Of a DNA stretch of 62,301 nt, positions 38,099 through 47,388 are shown piece by piece. Origin of the DNA: an uncultured Gammaproteobacteria bacterium. Its GTDB lineage: Bacteria; Pseudomonadota; Gammaproteobacteria; Immundisolibacterales; Immundisolibacteraceae. The DNA lies in the NCBI GenBank assembly GCA_913060775.1, contig CAJXVN010000001.1:1-62301 (forward strand), written 5' to 3'. How positions within the stretch are numbered: position 1 is the first letter of the stretch; every line of letters begins with the position of its first letter. Both the position numbers and the translations under genes were made by a program. The notes under the pieces were generated by a model. It was not told the origin of the DNA. It ran no database searches and was given only the letters and a program-made list of their open reading frames with translations.

Positions 38099-38764
38099 CT
38101 ACATACCGACAATTACGCCTGCACAGTCCTGGCTTGGGCTGGCTGCGGCCACATTCCAAACGTTACCAGTTATACAGGCTGCAAAAGCACCGTTTTGAGA
38201 TGCTTGAAAAATCCCACCATTCGGATTGCCATCATCAATTTTTCGATCGATCTCCGCGATAATTCCCACCGGAATTCGTCGGCCAGAAATCAGTTCATGG
38301 CTATTCCCTGCGGTGCCAACCGCCTGGCTACCAAAGGCGACATGCATCGTGCCGCTAAAAGGGTTCGGCAAACAGGTTACATCGGGGCAACCGTAGTCAC
38401 TGGCACTGGCGGTGCCATTAAAATTGCCGGTCAGAAATCCAGCCACTCCTAACTGTGCCCACAACTGACCCTCTTCGGCGCCTCCAGCGACCTGTCCATT
38501 GCCATTACCATTGGCGATAGTCGTGCCTGCGGGAGGGTTAGGCAGATTAACCAGTGCCTGGGAATAATCGCCCGGCAACGCCCGGAAACGATCCTGAAAC
38601 GCATAGTAAGCCGCTTTGACCCCGTCGATCTGGTTAATCGTGCTGCGCACTTTCGCCGTCTGGATCAACTCCTGGCCCTTAAGGGCACCACCGAGTATCA
38701 GACCAATAATCACCAACACAATGGAGATTTCGATCAGGGTAAAACCAGATTGTTGCTGCTTCAT
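38099..38764 (-). CDS. Type IV pilin-like protein (prepilin N-terminal methylation domain)
   Basis: MKQQQSG|FTLIEISIVLVIIGLILGG class III signal. GAGGA lies 8 nt upstream of ATG 38764. The longer ORF to 38854 was rejected. Confidence 0.85.
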   Translation of the reverse strand: MKQQQSGFTLIEISIVLVIIGLILGGALKGQELIQTAKVRSTINQIDGVKAAYYAFQDRFRALPGDYSQALVNLPNPPAGTTIANGNGNGQVAGGAEEGQLWAQLGVAGFLTGNFNGTASASDYGCPDVTCLPNPFSGTMHVAFGSQAVGTAGNSHELISGRRIPVGIIAEIDRKIDDGNPNGGIFQASQNGAFAACITGNVWNVAAASPSQDCAGVIVGM

Positions 38765-38838
38765 TCGCTTAATCCTCGGAAAACTAATTAATTCAAACGT
38801 GCCGAGCGTCGATCGCTCCGGCCTCTGAACACAGAAAG

Positions 38839-38853
38839 GCAAACACCATGCCA
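38839..38853 (-). promoter_or_regulatory. Sigma-54 (-24/-12) promoter for the pilin gene
   Basis: The minus strand reads TGGCAT-GGTGT-TTGCC against the consensus TGGCAC-N5-TTGCW. It lies ~75 nt upstream of the pilin ATG, and a sigma-54 activator is encoded in the locus. Confidence 0.65.
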
Positions 38854-38965
38854 ATAGTTAAAATACTGCCAACAGCGCTTATATTAGCGTTTCTTCATCA
38901 AAAAAACCTGACGAAGAAAAGGCGTCTGCACCTTATCGGCGGCACTTCCGTCGAAAACTTGACAC

Positions 38966-39688
38966 TTATTCTGACGTTAACAACTCATATCGTTCCAGCA
39001 AAAACCTCAACTCGGCGGGATCTGAGACCTCCCCACTCTCGATCAACGCCCCCAGCATGACTGCTGCGGTCTCTGCCTCGCCCATGTCTTCGCGCAGAAA
39101 TATCTCCATCTGTCTGGCCCAGCCAGGAATCGGTAATCCCTCGGGCGCGGCCCGCAATGCCTGGGCGTAATGGAGTGCGAGTGGCAAGTCGCCAAGGTGA
39201 TGTCGAACCACCGTGATTGAATGAGTAAGCCAGCGCCAGCGCCGCCCCGGGTCATCGACATAGGCCCGATAGACCAGGTCTGCCATTAGTCGCCGCTTCT
39301 CTTCCTGATTAACCTCACCGTAAATACGACTGGCTAGCAACAGTGGGTATTGACCACGGGGATCGAGATTCAAAATCTGTTCGAGCCAGGCAATGACCCG
39401 AGGATAGTCGAGCTGCTGATAGGGAAGGCTTAACCCTGGCTGCTGATCAAACGCCTGCAACCAGAGCGTCATTAACCGCGCGACAGCAACCGGGTCGGCG
39501 CTGCCAATCATGGCGAACATTCTCTGTGGAGGATCTGGCAACTCTTCGGCGGCGGCGTACCAGGCATCGCGGTTTACGGCGGTAACGATTTTCAGCGTCA
39601 ACACCAGCGCCAGCAGCACCAGTAGTCGCGCGGGTGCCGGTCGCCCCGGATGGGTGCCCCTCCAGCCCGCAGACAGATCAAATTTCAC
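38966..39688 (-). CDS. Hypothetical membrane-anchored or periplasmic protein
   Basis: A GTG start at 39688 overlaps the upstream stop (GTGAAATTTGA). There is an N-terminal hydrophobic anchor (LLVLLALVLTLKIV). No family was recognised. Confidence 0.45.
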   Translation of the reverse strand: MKFDLSAGWRGTHPGRPAPARLLVLLALVLTLKIVTAVNRDAWYAAAEELPDPPQRMFAMIGSADPVAVARLMTLWLQAFDQQPGLSLPYQQLDYPRVIAWLEQILNLDPRGQYPLLLASRIYGEVNQEEKRRLMADLVYRAYVDDPGRRWRWLTHSITVVRHHLGDLPLALHYAQALRAAPEGLPIPGWARQMEIFLREDMGEAETAAVMLGALIESGEVSDPAELRFLLERYELLTSE

Positions 39689-40424
39689 GGCGGTGAAAAT
39701 CGACCAACGCAGCGAGCAGAAGCAACAGACAGACCAGTAGCGCTTCGCCGATGACGGGTAATAACTGGGTAGCGCTACCATCCGCATAAATAAGCCAGCT
39801 ACTCTGGTTGTAACGGTTAAAGTTAGGAATTAACCAGCTGATCCAGACCAGCCCTGCGCCAACGCCACCGGCGGCAGCACTGGTGGTCATGAGCACAAAC
39901 GCCTCGATAGAGCGTGATAACAGATAAAAGGCCATGGAAAGAATAATCCCCGTGGCCAGGCTGGAAAAAGTCACCACCACAAACAGGGTGAACAGCGCCA
40001 TCACCAGTAGCTCCATAAACAGACCAATGACCCAGAGCACCAGTTGTTCCCAGGGTGACCACCAGCCCACTGCCAACAGCGCCAGCAACACCAGAACAAC
40101 CGCGTATCCACCGCTACCTAATGCACGACCCAGCAAATACTGGCCCCGCGACAGATCCAGTGCCAGGGTCAGCTCGACCTGACCATTGCTGGACTCTTCA
40201 CTAAAGCTGGCGCTCCCCTGTACAACGACAACTGCCACCGCCAGCAGGCGCACCAGGGCGGCGCTGAGTCCCAGTCTGAATGCATCCTGCTCAATCAGCG
40301 CCAGTTCGGCCACAAATCCACCCCCCAGCATTACCAGTAACAGCAATAGCAGATAAACCCGGGTTAGGGTGCTGACGACGGCGTCGTGCAGAAAATGGCC
40401 CGCGATGATGATGATTCGATGCAT
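39678..40424 (-). CDS. Polytopic membrane protein, ABC-2-type permease-like
   Basis: 248 aa with about six TM helices and a large first external loop. It is divergent from an operon containing an orphan ABC ATPase. Confidence 0.45.
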   Translation of the reverse strand: MHRIIIIAGHFLHDAVVSTLTRVYLLLLLLVMLGGGFVAELALIEQDAFRLGLSAALVRLLAVAVVVVQGSASFSEESSNGQVELTLALDLSRGQYLLGRALGSGGYAVVLVLLALLAVGWWSPWEQLVLWVIGLFMELLVMALFTLFVVVTFSSLATGIILSMAFYLLSRSIEAFVLMTTSAAAGGVGAGLVWISWLIPNFNRYNQSSWLIYADGSATQLLPVIGEALLVCLLLLLAALVDFHRREI

Positions 40425-40576
40425 TTGAAAACGGTCTAATTTAGATCGTGATAACGATCCGTTACGTTGATGTGATTAAAATTCCGTTACTATCCAGCCA
40501 TCAACCGCCCACCTGCCCGGTGACGCGATAACGATACTGCCCGGAGAATAGATCCGGTGTTGAGGATTCGAAGAAA

Positions 40577-42256
40577 TTGTCGCACGAGACCACCGCCTCC
40601 ACATCTAAAGATAGTCAGCTAACCCGATTTATCCCGGCGTTACTCGGGTTATCGCTAATACCGCTTCACCTTACCAATTTTATTAGCGGTGCCTATCTGG
40701 ATTGGTTGTTAATCACCAACCACCTGCTTTTTGCCGGCCTCTGGTATGTTTCGGCAAGCGGCTGGCGACAGGCGTTAGTCCATCTGGTCGTCACCGGGGT
40801 TGGACTCGTCGCGGTCGCCCTTACCTGGTCAATACCGACGGCGACCACGGCCTGGCTGCTGGTGCTCACATCCCTGGTTAGCGCCCATGCGGTCACCGGA
40901 TCCCGCCTTTCATTGCTACTGCTGCTGTCGAGCGCCTATCTGTTGGCGGTCGTTGGTTACCAGCATTTCTATGTCGACCCTTTGGGGCCAACGAATGCCC
41001 CACTAGTCGCAACGCTGACCCTAAACACCCTGGCGAGTCTCGCCTTCGCCGCCTGTTTGGTCCCCCTGCCCACGCCAATCGATCCTGAAACGGAAAAATT
41101 CATTGGCCGTGCCCGAGGCCTTTATGCGGCGGTTGCTCTCGGTACGCTTGTCGCCGTTTGCGCGTTAACAGCAATCCCCGCGATGACAGGCCCACAGAAC
41201 TTTACTCAACTGATCACCGCCATCGCTGGACTCTTGAGCGTGCTGAGTGTACTGATTGGGCGCCGGGGAGCAGCTAGCGCCGATCCCTCTGAGTCGGCCG
41301 ATGAATTCCGCCAATGGGTGGCCCAAACACTTGAAAAACCGGCTGTCTGGAAAAACGAAGAGGATTTCCTGCTGGACCGCTTAACGGCTCTCGTGGATCT
41401 GGTAGGAATCAATGGTCTGGAATGGCAAATTGCCAACTTTTCGGGTTCCCTTGGCACCATCGGCGATCGCAATATGCAGGTCGAAACCGCTGACGGTGTC
41501 ATCGTCGCAACACTCGACCATGCTCCCTCCGGCGTTTTCATACAACGCATGCAATTGGCGTTGGCACTGCTCAACACCCTGGTCCGATTCCATCTCCAGC
41601 AGGCTCAGCTAAAAACGCAGAGTCATCTGGAAAGTATTTATGAAACCGGGGCCAGAATAACCCACGATGTTAAGAACCTGTTGCAATCACTGAACACTCT
41701 GACCACGGCCGTGGAACACAGCAAACCGGATCAGGCTGCCCAGATTCAAGTCCTTATCCGGAAACAGCTACCGGTCATTCGTCAGAAATTACAGACCACA
41801 CTGGAAAAGCTCGAAGCGCCCGAAGACGTATCCTCCACCTATCAGGTGGCACGGATCTGGTGGGAAAAACTGCGCGCCAGGTACGAATCGGAGCACCTTA
41901 TTTTCGATCTTCAATTGAGCATGGATTATCTGATCCCCCGTGATCTGTTCGAACGGGTCGCTGAAAACCTGCTTGAGAATGCTCAGCGCAAGCGCCAGAC
42001 TGAACCGGACATCACCATTCGTATTGAGTTTGCGGTAACCGAGCAACGCATTACCCTGCGGGTAACCGATACTGGCTCGCCGGCACCTGCAGAAATCGCC
42101 AGCGTGCTGTTCAAAGGGCCCATCGATTCGACCGGAGGCTACGGTATCGCGCTCTACCAGTGCGCCACTCAGGCATTGCGCCAGGGGTTTGAACTAAGGC
42201 TTACCCATAATGAGCCTGGCTGTGTGAGTTTCTGTCTCAGCGGAGAGATCGATTGA
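40577..42256 (+). CDS. Multi-TM sensor histidine kinase (PrsK-like architecture)
   Basis: About eight N-terminal TM helices, H-box ARITHDVKNLLQSL and a G-box GGYGIALYQC. TTG start. Confidence 0.8.
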   Translation: MSHETTASTSKDSQLTRFIPALLGLSLIPLHLTNFISGAYLDWLLITNHLLFAGLWYVSASGWRQALVHLVVTGVGLVAVALTWSIPTATTAWLLVLTSLVSAHAVTGSRLSLLLLLSSAYLLAVVGYQHFYVDPLGPTNAPLVATLTLNTLASLAFAACLVPLPTPIDPETEKFIGRARGLYAAVALGTLVAVCALTAIPAMTGPQNFTQLITAIAGLLSVLSVLIGRRGAASADPSESADEFRQWVAQTLEKPAVWKNEEDFLLDRLTALVDLVGINGLEWQIANFSGSLGTIGDRNMQVETADGVIVATLDHAPSGVFIQRMQLALALLNTLVRFHLQQAQLKTQSHLESIYETGARITHDVKNLLQSLNTLTTAVEHSKPDQAAQIQVLIRKQLPVIRQKLQTTLEKLEAPEDVSSTYQVARIWWEKLRARYESEHLIFDLQLSMDYLIPRDLFERVAENLLENAQRKRQTEPDITIRIEFAVTEQRITLRVTDTGSPAPAEIASVLFKGPIDSTGGYGIALYQCATQALRQGFELRLTHNEPGCVSFCLSGEID

Positions 42257-42990
42257 CCAGCGCAATTTCGATCGACCGGGTGACGTTAGGACCTAATAGT
42301 CGCCGCCTTAACGGCGTTACGATTGATATTAAAGCGGGCGAATATTTTGGCCTGGTAGGTATGAACGGTGCGGGGAAAACCTCATTAATAAAATGCCTGC
42401 TCGACTTCTGTCGTCCCAATGTGGGCGAGGTGTCGCTGTTTTCGCAACCGGCCAGCTCAGTTAGCGCCCGAGACCCGGTGGCTTACCTGCCGGAACGATT
42501 CAAGGCCAATGGCCGGCTGACGGGGGAGCAATTTCTACGACGGATGATGCAGCTCTATCAGGTCGCTTACGACCGTGACGCCACCCTGGCCCTGTTCGAC
42601 ACGCTATCGCTTTCCGCCGATGCGCTAAATCTGCCGCTAGGCAAGCACTCCAAAGGTATGGCGCAGAAAATTGGGCTGGTGGCCTGCCTGCTTAGTCATC
42701 GGCCACTATTAATCCTCGATGAACCCATGAGCGGACTTGATCCCTATGCCAGGGTGCGACTAAAAACACTGCTGCAGGAGCGCCGCCTTGCCGACTCTCC
42801 CGCCCCCACCCTGCTGCTCTCTTCGCACATGCTGGTTGACGTCGAAACCCTCTGCGACCGCATTGCGATTCTTCACGAGGGAAAGTTGCGATTTTCTGGC
42901 TCACCGGCAGAATGTTGCAATCAATTTAATGCCAACAGTCTGGAACAGGCCTACATGAACTGCATCACCGCCATTGGATCTCCGCCATGA
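42253..42990 (+). CDS. ABC transporter ATP-binding protein
   Basis: Walker A GMNGAGKTS, a degenerate signature HSKGMAQK and Walker B LLILDEP. It has 4-nt overlaps with both neighbours. Confidence 0.85.
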   Translation: MTSAISIDRVTLGPNSRRLNGVTIDIKAGEYFGLVGMNGAGKTSLIKCLLDFCRPNVGEVSLFSQPASSVSARDPVAYLPERFKANGRLTGEQFLRRMMQLYQVAYDRDATLALFDTLSLSADALNLPLGKHSKGMAQKIGLVACLLSHRPLLILDEPMSGLDPYARVRLKTLLQERRLADSPAPTLLLSSHMLVDVETLCDRIAILHEGKLRFSGSPAECCNQFNANSLEQAYMNCITAIGSPP

Positions 42991-44501
42991 AACCTGTCAA
43001 ACCGCTTTTACTGCTGATCGACGATGATCCGGTCATTCGCGACTCTCTGGAGTTCGTACTGCAGGCCGATTTTGAAATCGAGACAGCCGAATCCCGTAAC
43101 GATGTTCAGGAGCTACTGACTAAACTCCGTCGCGCGCCCGATGCAGTCCTGCTCGATCTGGGGCTGCCACCGGACGTGCACTCCCCGGAACAGGGCTTCG
43201 CACTGATCAGCGATCTGCTGGCCGTCTCCCCGAATATAAAAATACTCATTCTTAGCGGTCAGGACGACCGTAAAAATGTCAAACATGCGCTGGCGCTGGG
43301 TGCTTTTGATTTCGTCGCCAAACCCTGCGAAGTGGAGCTGCTGCGCAGCCGCCTGACTCACTCCCTGTTTATTCGCGATGCCGAGGTATCGCTGCAGCAG
43401 GAAGTGATCCGCCGCGAGGACGGATTCATTGGCAACTCACCGTCGATGAACAAATTACGCGCCCAGGTCGAACAGTTCGGCGACACCCCGTTTCCGGTGC
43501 TGGTCGAGGGGCCGTCGGGCAGCGGCAAGGAACTGGTCGCTAAAGCTTTACACGATGGCACTTCTCGGGCCGAGGCGCCCTACCTGGTGATCAACTGTGC
43601 GGCCATGTCCGCCCAGTTGATCGAAGCGCAGTTGTTTGGCCACACCAAAGGTGCCTTTACCGGAGCGACCGCTGCAAAAGCAGGATTCTTTGAAGAGGCA
43701 GACAAGGGCAGTCTCTGTCTGGACGAAATTGGTGAACTGCCGCTTGAACTGCAGGCCAAATTATTACGAATTCTGGAAAACGGTGAGTTCTACCGCATCG
43801 GAGAAACCCAGGTCCGCCACTCCTCTGCACGCATCATTGCCGCCACCAACCGAGATTTACGCAATGAAGTTGCCAGGGGAGCATTTCGTGAGGATCTTTA
43901 CCACCGATTAAGCGTGTTCCGTATTCAGATTCCGCCACTGGCTGAACGCGGTGATGATCGCCTGTTACTGCTGGAACACTTCAACAAATTTTATAGCAAA
44001 CAACTCGACACTCGCCCCTTCGCATTGACGGACGAGGCGCTGAACGCCTGGCGTCGCTACGCCTTCCCCGGCAATGTGCGCGAATTGAAAAACATTGTGG
44101 TGCGGTTGAACTTGCGGCTTAGGGGAGGTACGGCCAGTATCGAAGACATACGCAATGAATTTGACATTGAACAGGAACTTCACCCGCCGATCGAAGCCGT
44201 TCAACCCGAATCCACCGCAGCTCCGGACCGGGATATGGTCGCTTCAATCGCTCCACAGACCTCTAATCATGACGAGGAAAATCAGGAAGCCCGTATTAAA
44301 TTCGCTCACCAACAACTGCTGAACACTGAAGAATTCAAGCTCGATGATGTGCTTCGCCAGTGGGAGGGGTACTTCATCAAGGCAGCGCTAAAAGAAGCGG
44401 GTGGCAATTTGAGCAAAGCGGCCCGAAAACTTGGGATTAATCGCACCACACTCTACAGCCGGGTCCAGAAATACCCGGAACTACAACTCGACTCCGACTA
44501 G
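42987..44501 (+). CDS. Sigma-54-dependent response regulator (NtrC family, PrsR-like receiver)
   Basis: Receiver domain (LLLIDDD...DLGLPPD), AAA+ domain (GPSGSGKE, GAFTGA, ...), and a C-terminal Fis-type HTH (GNLSKAARKLGINRTTLYSRV). Confidence 0.9.
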   Translation: MKPVKPLLLLIDDDPVIRDSLEFVLQADFEIETAESRNDVQELLTKLRRAPDAVLLDLGLPPDVHSPEQGFALISDLLAVSPNIKILILSGQDDRKNVKHALALGAFDFVAKPCEVELLRSRLTHSLFIRDAEVSLQQEVIRREDGFIGNSPSMNKLRAQVEQFGDTPFPVLVEGPSGSGKELVAKALHDGTSRAEAPYLVINCAAMSAQLIEAQLFGHTKGAFTGATAAKAGFFEEADKGSLCLDEIGELPLELQAKLLRILENGEFYRIGETQVRHSSARIIAATNRDLRNEVARGAFREDLYHRLSVFRIQIPPLAERGDDRLLLLEHFNKFYSKQLDTRPFALTDEALNAWRRYAFPGNVRELKNIVVRLNLRLRGGTASIEDIRNEFDIEQELHPPIEAVQPESTAAPDRDMVASIAPQTSNHDEENQEARIKFAHQQLLNTEEFKLDDVLRQWEGYFIKAALKEAGGNLSKAARKLGINRTTLYSRVQKYPELQLDSD

Positions 44502-44508
44502 CCGAGTT

Positions 44509-45573
44509 ATGTACCTGGAGCATTTCGGTCTCTCCCGTCAGCCGTTTCAGATCACTCCGGATACCGACTTTTTCTTTCCCGGCGCCGAGCGTCAGGACAC
44601 CCTGAATGGCCTGATCCATAGCGCCGAGCACAACGAGGGCATTATCAAGGTCGTCGGCGAGATTGGCAGCGGCAAAAGCCTGCTCTGCCGCATGCTCGCC
44701 AATCAACTCCCGGATAATTTTCAGGTCGTCTTTCTGGCTAATCCCAACCTGAATGCTGATGCCGTCGTTACCGCCATCCTGGGCGACCTCGGCGTTGCGC
44801 CCGTCCCGAACGGTTTTAACCACCCAACCCAGTTGTTGCAACGTTACCTGCTGGAACAGAACCAGCAAAACCGACGGGTACTGCTTCTGGTAGAGGAAGC
44901 CCAGGCCATGTCACCGGCAACGCTTGAGGCCCTGCGGCTACTCACCAATCTGGAAACGGCCAAAACCAAGCTCCTGCGGATGATCCTGTTTGGCCAGCCG
45001 GAACTCGACCAGACGCTCAACACCCACGCCCTGAGACAATTTCGCGACCGCATTACCCAGAGTTTTTATCTCCGCGCGGTCCAGCTCGACGAATCCGGCG
45101 CCTATCTGCACCACCGACTGGGCGTTGCCGGTTACCAGGGCCCGCCACTGTTCCAGGATGAGGTGTTAACCCGATTGCAGCAGGAGAGCGCAGGCCGACT
45201 GCGACCTCTAAATGTCCTCGCGGATAAAACCCTGTTAGCTGCTTATGTGGATGATGCCCGGGTACCAACCCTGTCACACCTGCAACAGGCGTTACAGGAG
45301 ATCAATCTGTCCGACCCTGCCGGGGTTTCCCCGACCTCAAGCGCCGAGGATCTGGAACACCTCTCGTGGCGACAGGTTGCCGCCTTTATCGGCGGGGGAA
45401 CCACTGCCCTCGCGCACCAATGCGTTTTAAAATCGGCCAGAATCGCCCGTTACCTTATGCGCTCAATGGCGAATTCACTTAAGATGCTGGCTAGTCACCC
45501 GCTAACAACCAAGCTGACTTCAACGATAGGAAAAAAACGGCGTGCCATCGCTCGGTATTATGGACGCGACTAG
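44509..45573 (+). CDS. ExeA/MshM-like AAA ATPase
   Basis: MYLEHFGLSRQPFQITPDTDFFF... and Walker A GEIGSGKS. The start was moved to the internal Met at 44509. Confidence 0.8.
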   Translation: MYLEHFGLSRQPFQITPDTDFFFPGAERQDTLNGLIHSAEHNEGIIKVVGEIGSGKSLLCRMLANQLPDNFQVVFLANPNLNADAVVTAILGDLGVAPVPNGFNHPTQLLQRYLLEQNQQNRRVLLLVEEAQAMSPATLEALRLLTNLETAKTKLLRMILFGQPELDQTLNTHALRQFRDRITQSFYLRAVQLDESGAYLHHRLGVAGYQGPPLFQDEVLTRLQQESAGRLRPLNVLADKTLLAAYVDDARVPTLSHLQQALQEINLSDPAGVSPTSSAEDLEHLSWRQVAAFIGGGTTALAHQCVLKSARIARYLMRSMANSLKMLASHPLTTKLTSTIGKKRRAIARYYGRD

Positions 45574-45576
45574 AAA

Positions 45577-47388
45577 ATGCTATTCCTGGCAAACCAGAGT
45601 TGGGCATCAAGCCCCGAAACCACGAGTGTCAATCAACCCTTTACGATGACGATTATGAAGCCATTGCATTCTTTCCAGCCCCGTTTGCCCGCCGCCTCTT
45701 ACCTTTTTAATGACGCCCTGTTTGATCGAACGCCTGAGCAAAGCCGAACTCGTTTCTGGGCCGGCGTGGCCCTGATCGTGGCAATCGTGGTGACGGCTGG
45801 CTGCAGCCACCGGCCCCTGCCGGCGTCTGCCACCCATTTGAGCCAGGACGACCATGCACTGGACACGGCAGCGGAAAAATCTGCCAGCGCGATACCGTCG
45901 CTAATCACCGGCTTACCGGCGGCCATACCAGCCGACCAAACTAACCAGCAATTTTTCACGCTAGTGGTGACGGACGTTGCCGTGGACGAAGTGCTGTTTG
46001 CCCTGGCCCGTGACGCAGGAATGGACGTTGATATACGGGCGGACGTCAGCGGTACGGTCACCCTGAATGCCATCGATCAACCACTGGAGCGGATCCTGGA
46101 CCGCATTGCTGCCCTCGCCGGCTTGCGATTTCGTCTCCAGCACGGCAGTCTGATTATTGAGGCGGACCTGCCCTACCGACACACCTACGCCATTGATTAC
46201 ATCAATATGGACAGGAGCGTTATTCATCAGATAGCCGTCTCCACACAGATTGCAACCTCGGGATCGAGCGAACTGGCGGGTGGCGGTGGCGCCGGCAACA
46301 ACAACTCCTCCACCCAGCTTACCAGCCGAGCGAATAATGACTTCTGGGATCAGTTGATCGCCAATGTCGGCGCAATTGTTGCTCCTCGGACGGTCTCATC
46401 GGAAGCGGAACAGCCAACCGCCATCATTGCCAACCGCATCGCCAGTTTGCTCACCGTCACCGCCACCCAGTCCCAGCACCGCGAAGTCGCCGCTTACATC
46501 GACGAATTACTCACCTCCGCTCACCGCCAGGTACTCATCGAAGCCACCATCGCGGAAGTCAATTTAAGCCGTGATTATCAGGCTGGCGTCGACTGGAGTG
46601 TTTTTGGTAATCGCGGCTGGGGTGTCAACGCCAACACGACAAGTACCAACTTTAGTGATGTGCCATTTGCGGCACTCACCTACACCAACACCTCTTCACC
46701 GCTGGGCAACATCGACGTCGCCATCACCATGTTGCAAACCTTCGGCGATGTGAAGGTGCTATCGAGTCCGAAACTCATCGCTCTCAACAACCAGACCGCC
46801 CTGTTAAAAGTCGTTGACGAGCGCGTCTATTTCACCTTTGAGGTGGAGCGAGAGGAAAATGACGACGGCAATGACGACATTACCGTAGAAACCACTGTCA
46901 ATACCGTGCCCGTGGGGCTGGTAATGGCCGTGACTCCGCAGATCAATGAGAACGGCGAAGTCACGTTAAACGTCCGCCCAACCATCTCCCGCATCATTGA
47001 TTTTGTACAGTTTGATGACCCCTTTATTCGCGGCGCCGATGGCGAAGCCTCACTGATCAGCCGCGTACCGGAAATTCAGGTCCGTGAAATTGAAACCGTA
47101 TTGCGGGTAGCCAGTGGCCAGACAGTGGTACTTGGCGGGTTGATGCAGGACACCGTGGACAATTCCAGCGAGGGCGTGCCACTGATATCGAACCTGCCCT
47201 ATATCGGTGAGGCGTTTAAATACGAGAATGACATCTCCAGAAAATCAGAATTGGTGATCTTTTTACGCCCGGTGGTCACTTCCCGCACCAATATGGACAC
47301 CCCTCCCTTCGATCGCTACCAGCCGTATCTTCCTGATACTGACCAGCCCCTTTCCAGCTACCGCCAGAACGACGATACCCTGCAATGA
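45577..47388 (+). CDS. Secretin (MshL/PilQ/GspD family), lipoprotein type
   Basis: Lipobox VTAGC and a C-terminal secretin domain (VVLGGLMQD...VPLISNLPYIGEAFKY...SELVIFLRP). The exact start is uncertain. Confidence 0.85.
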   Translation: MLFLANQSWASSPETTSVNQPFTMTIMKPLHSFQPRLPAASYLFNDALFDRTPEQSRTRFWAGVALIVAIVVTAGCSHRPLPASATHLSQDDHALDTAAEKSASAIPSLITGLPAAIPADQTNQQFFTLVVTDVAVDEVLFALARDAGMDVDIRADVSGTVTLNAIDQPLERILDRIAALAGLRFRLQHGSLIIEADLPYRHTYAIDYINMDRSVIHQIAVSTQIATSGSSELAGGGGAGNNNSSTQLTSRANNDFWDQLIANVGAIVAPRTVSSEAEQPTAIIANRIASLLTVTATQSQHREVAAYIDELLTSAHRQVLIEATIAEVNLSRDYQAGVDWSVFGNRGWGVNANTTSTNFSDVPFAALTYTNTSSPLGNIDVAITMLQTFGDVKVLSSPKLIALNNQTALLKVVDERVYFTFEVEREENDDGNDDITVETTVNTVPVGLVMAVTPQINENGEVTLNVRPTISRIIDFVQFDDPFIRGADGEASLISRVPEIQVREIETVLRVASGQTVVLGGLMQDTVDNSSEGVPLISNLPYIGEAFKYENDISRKSELVIFLRPVVTSRTNMDTPPFDRYQPYLPDTDQPLSSYRQNDDTLQ

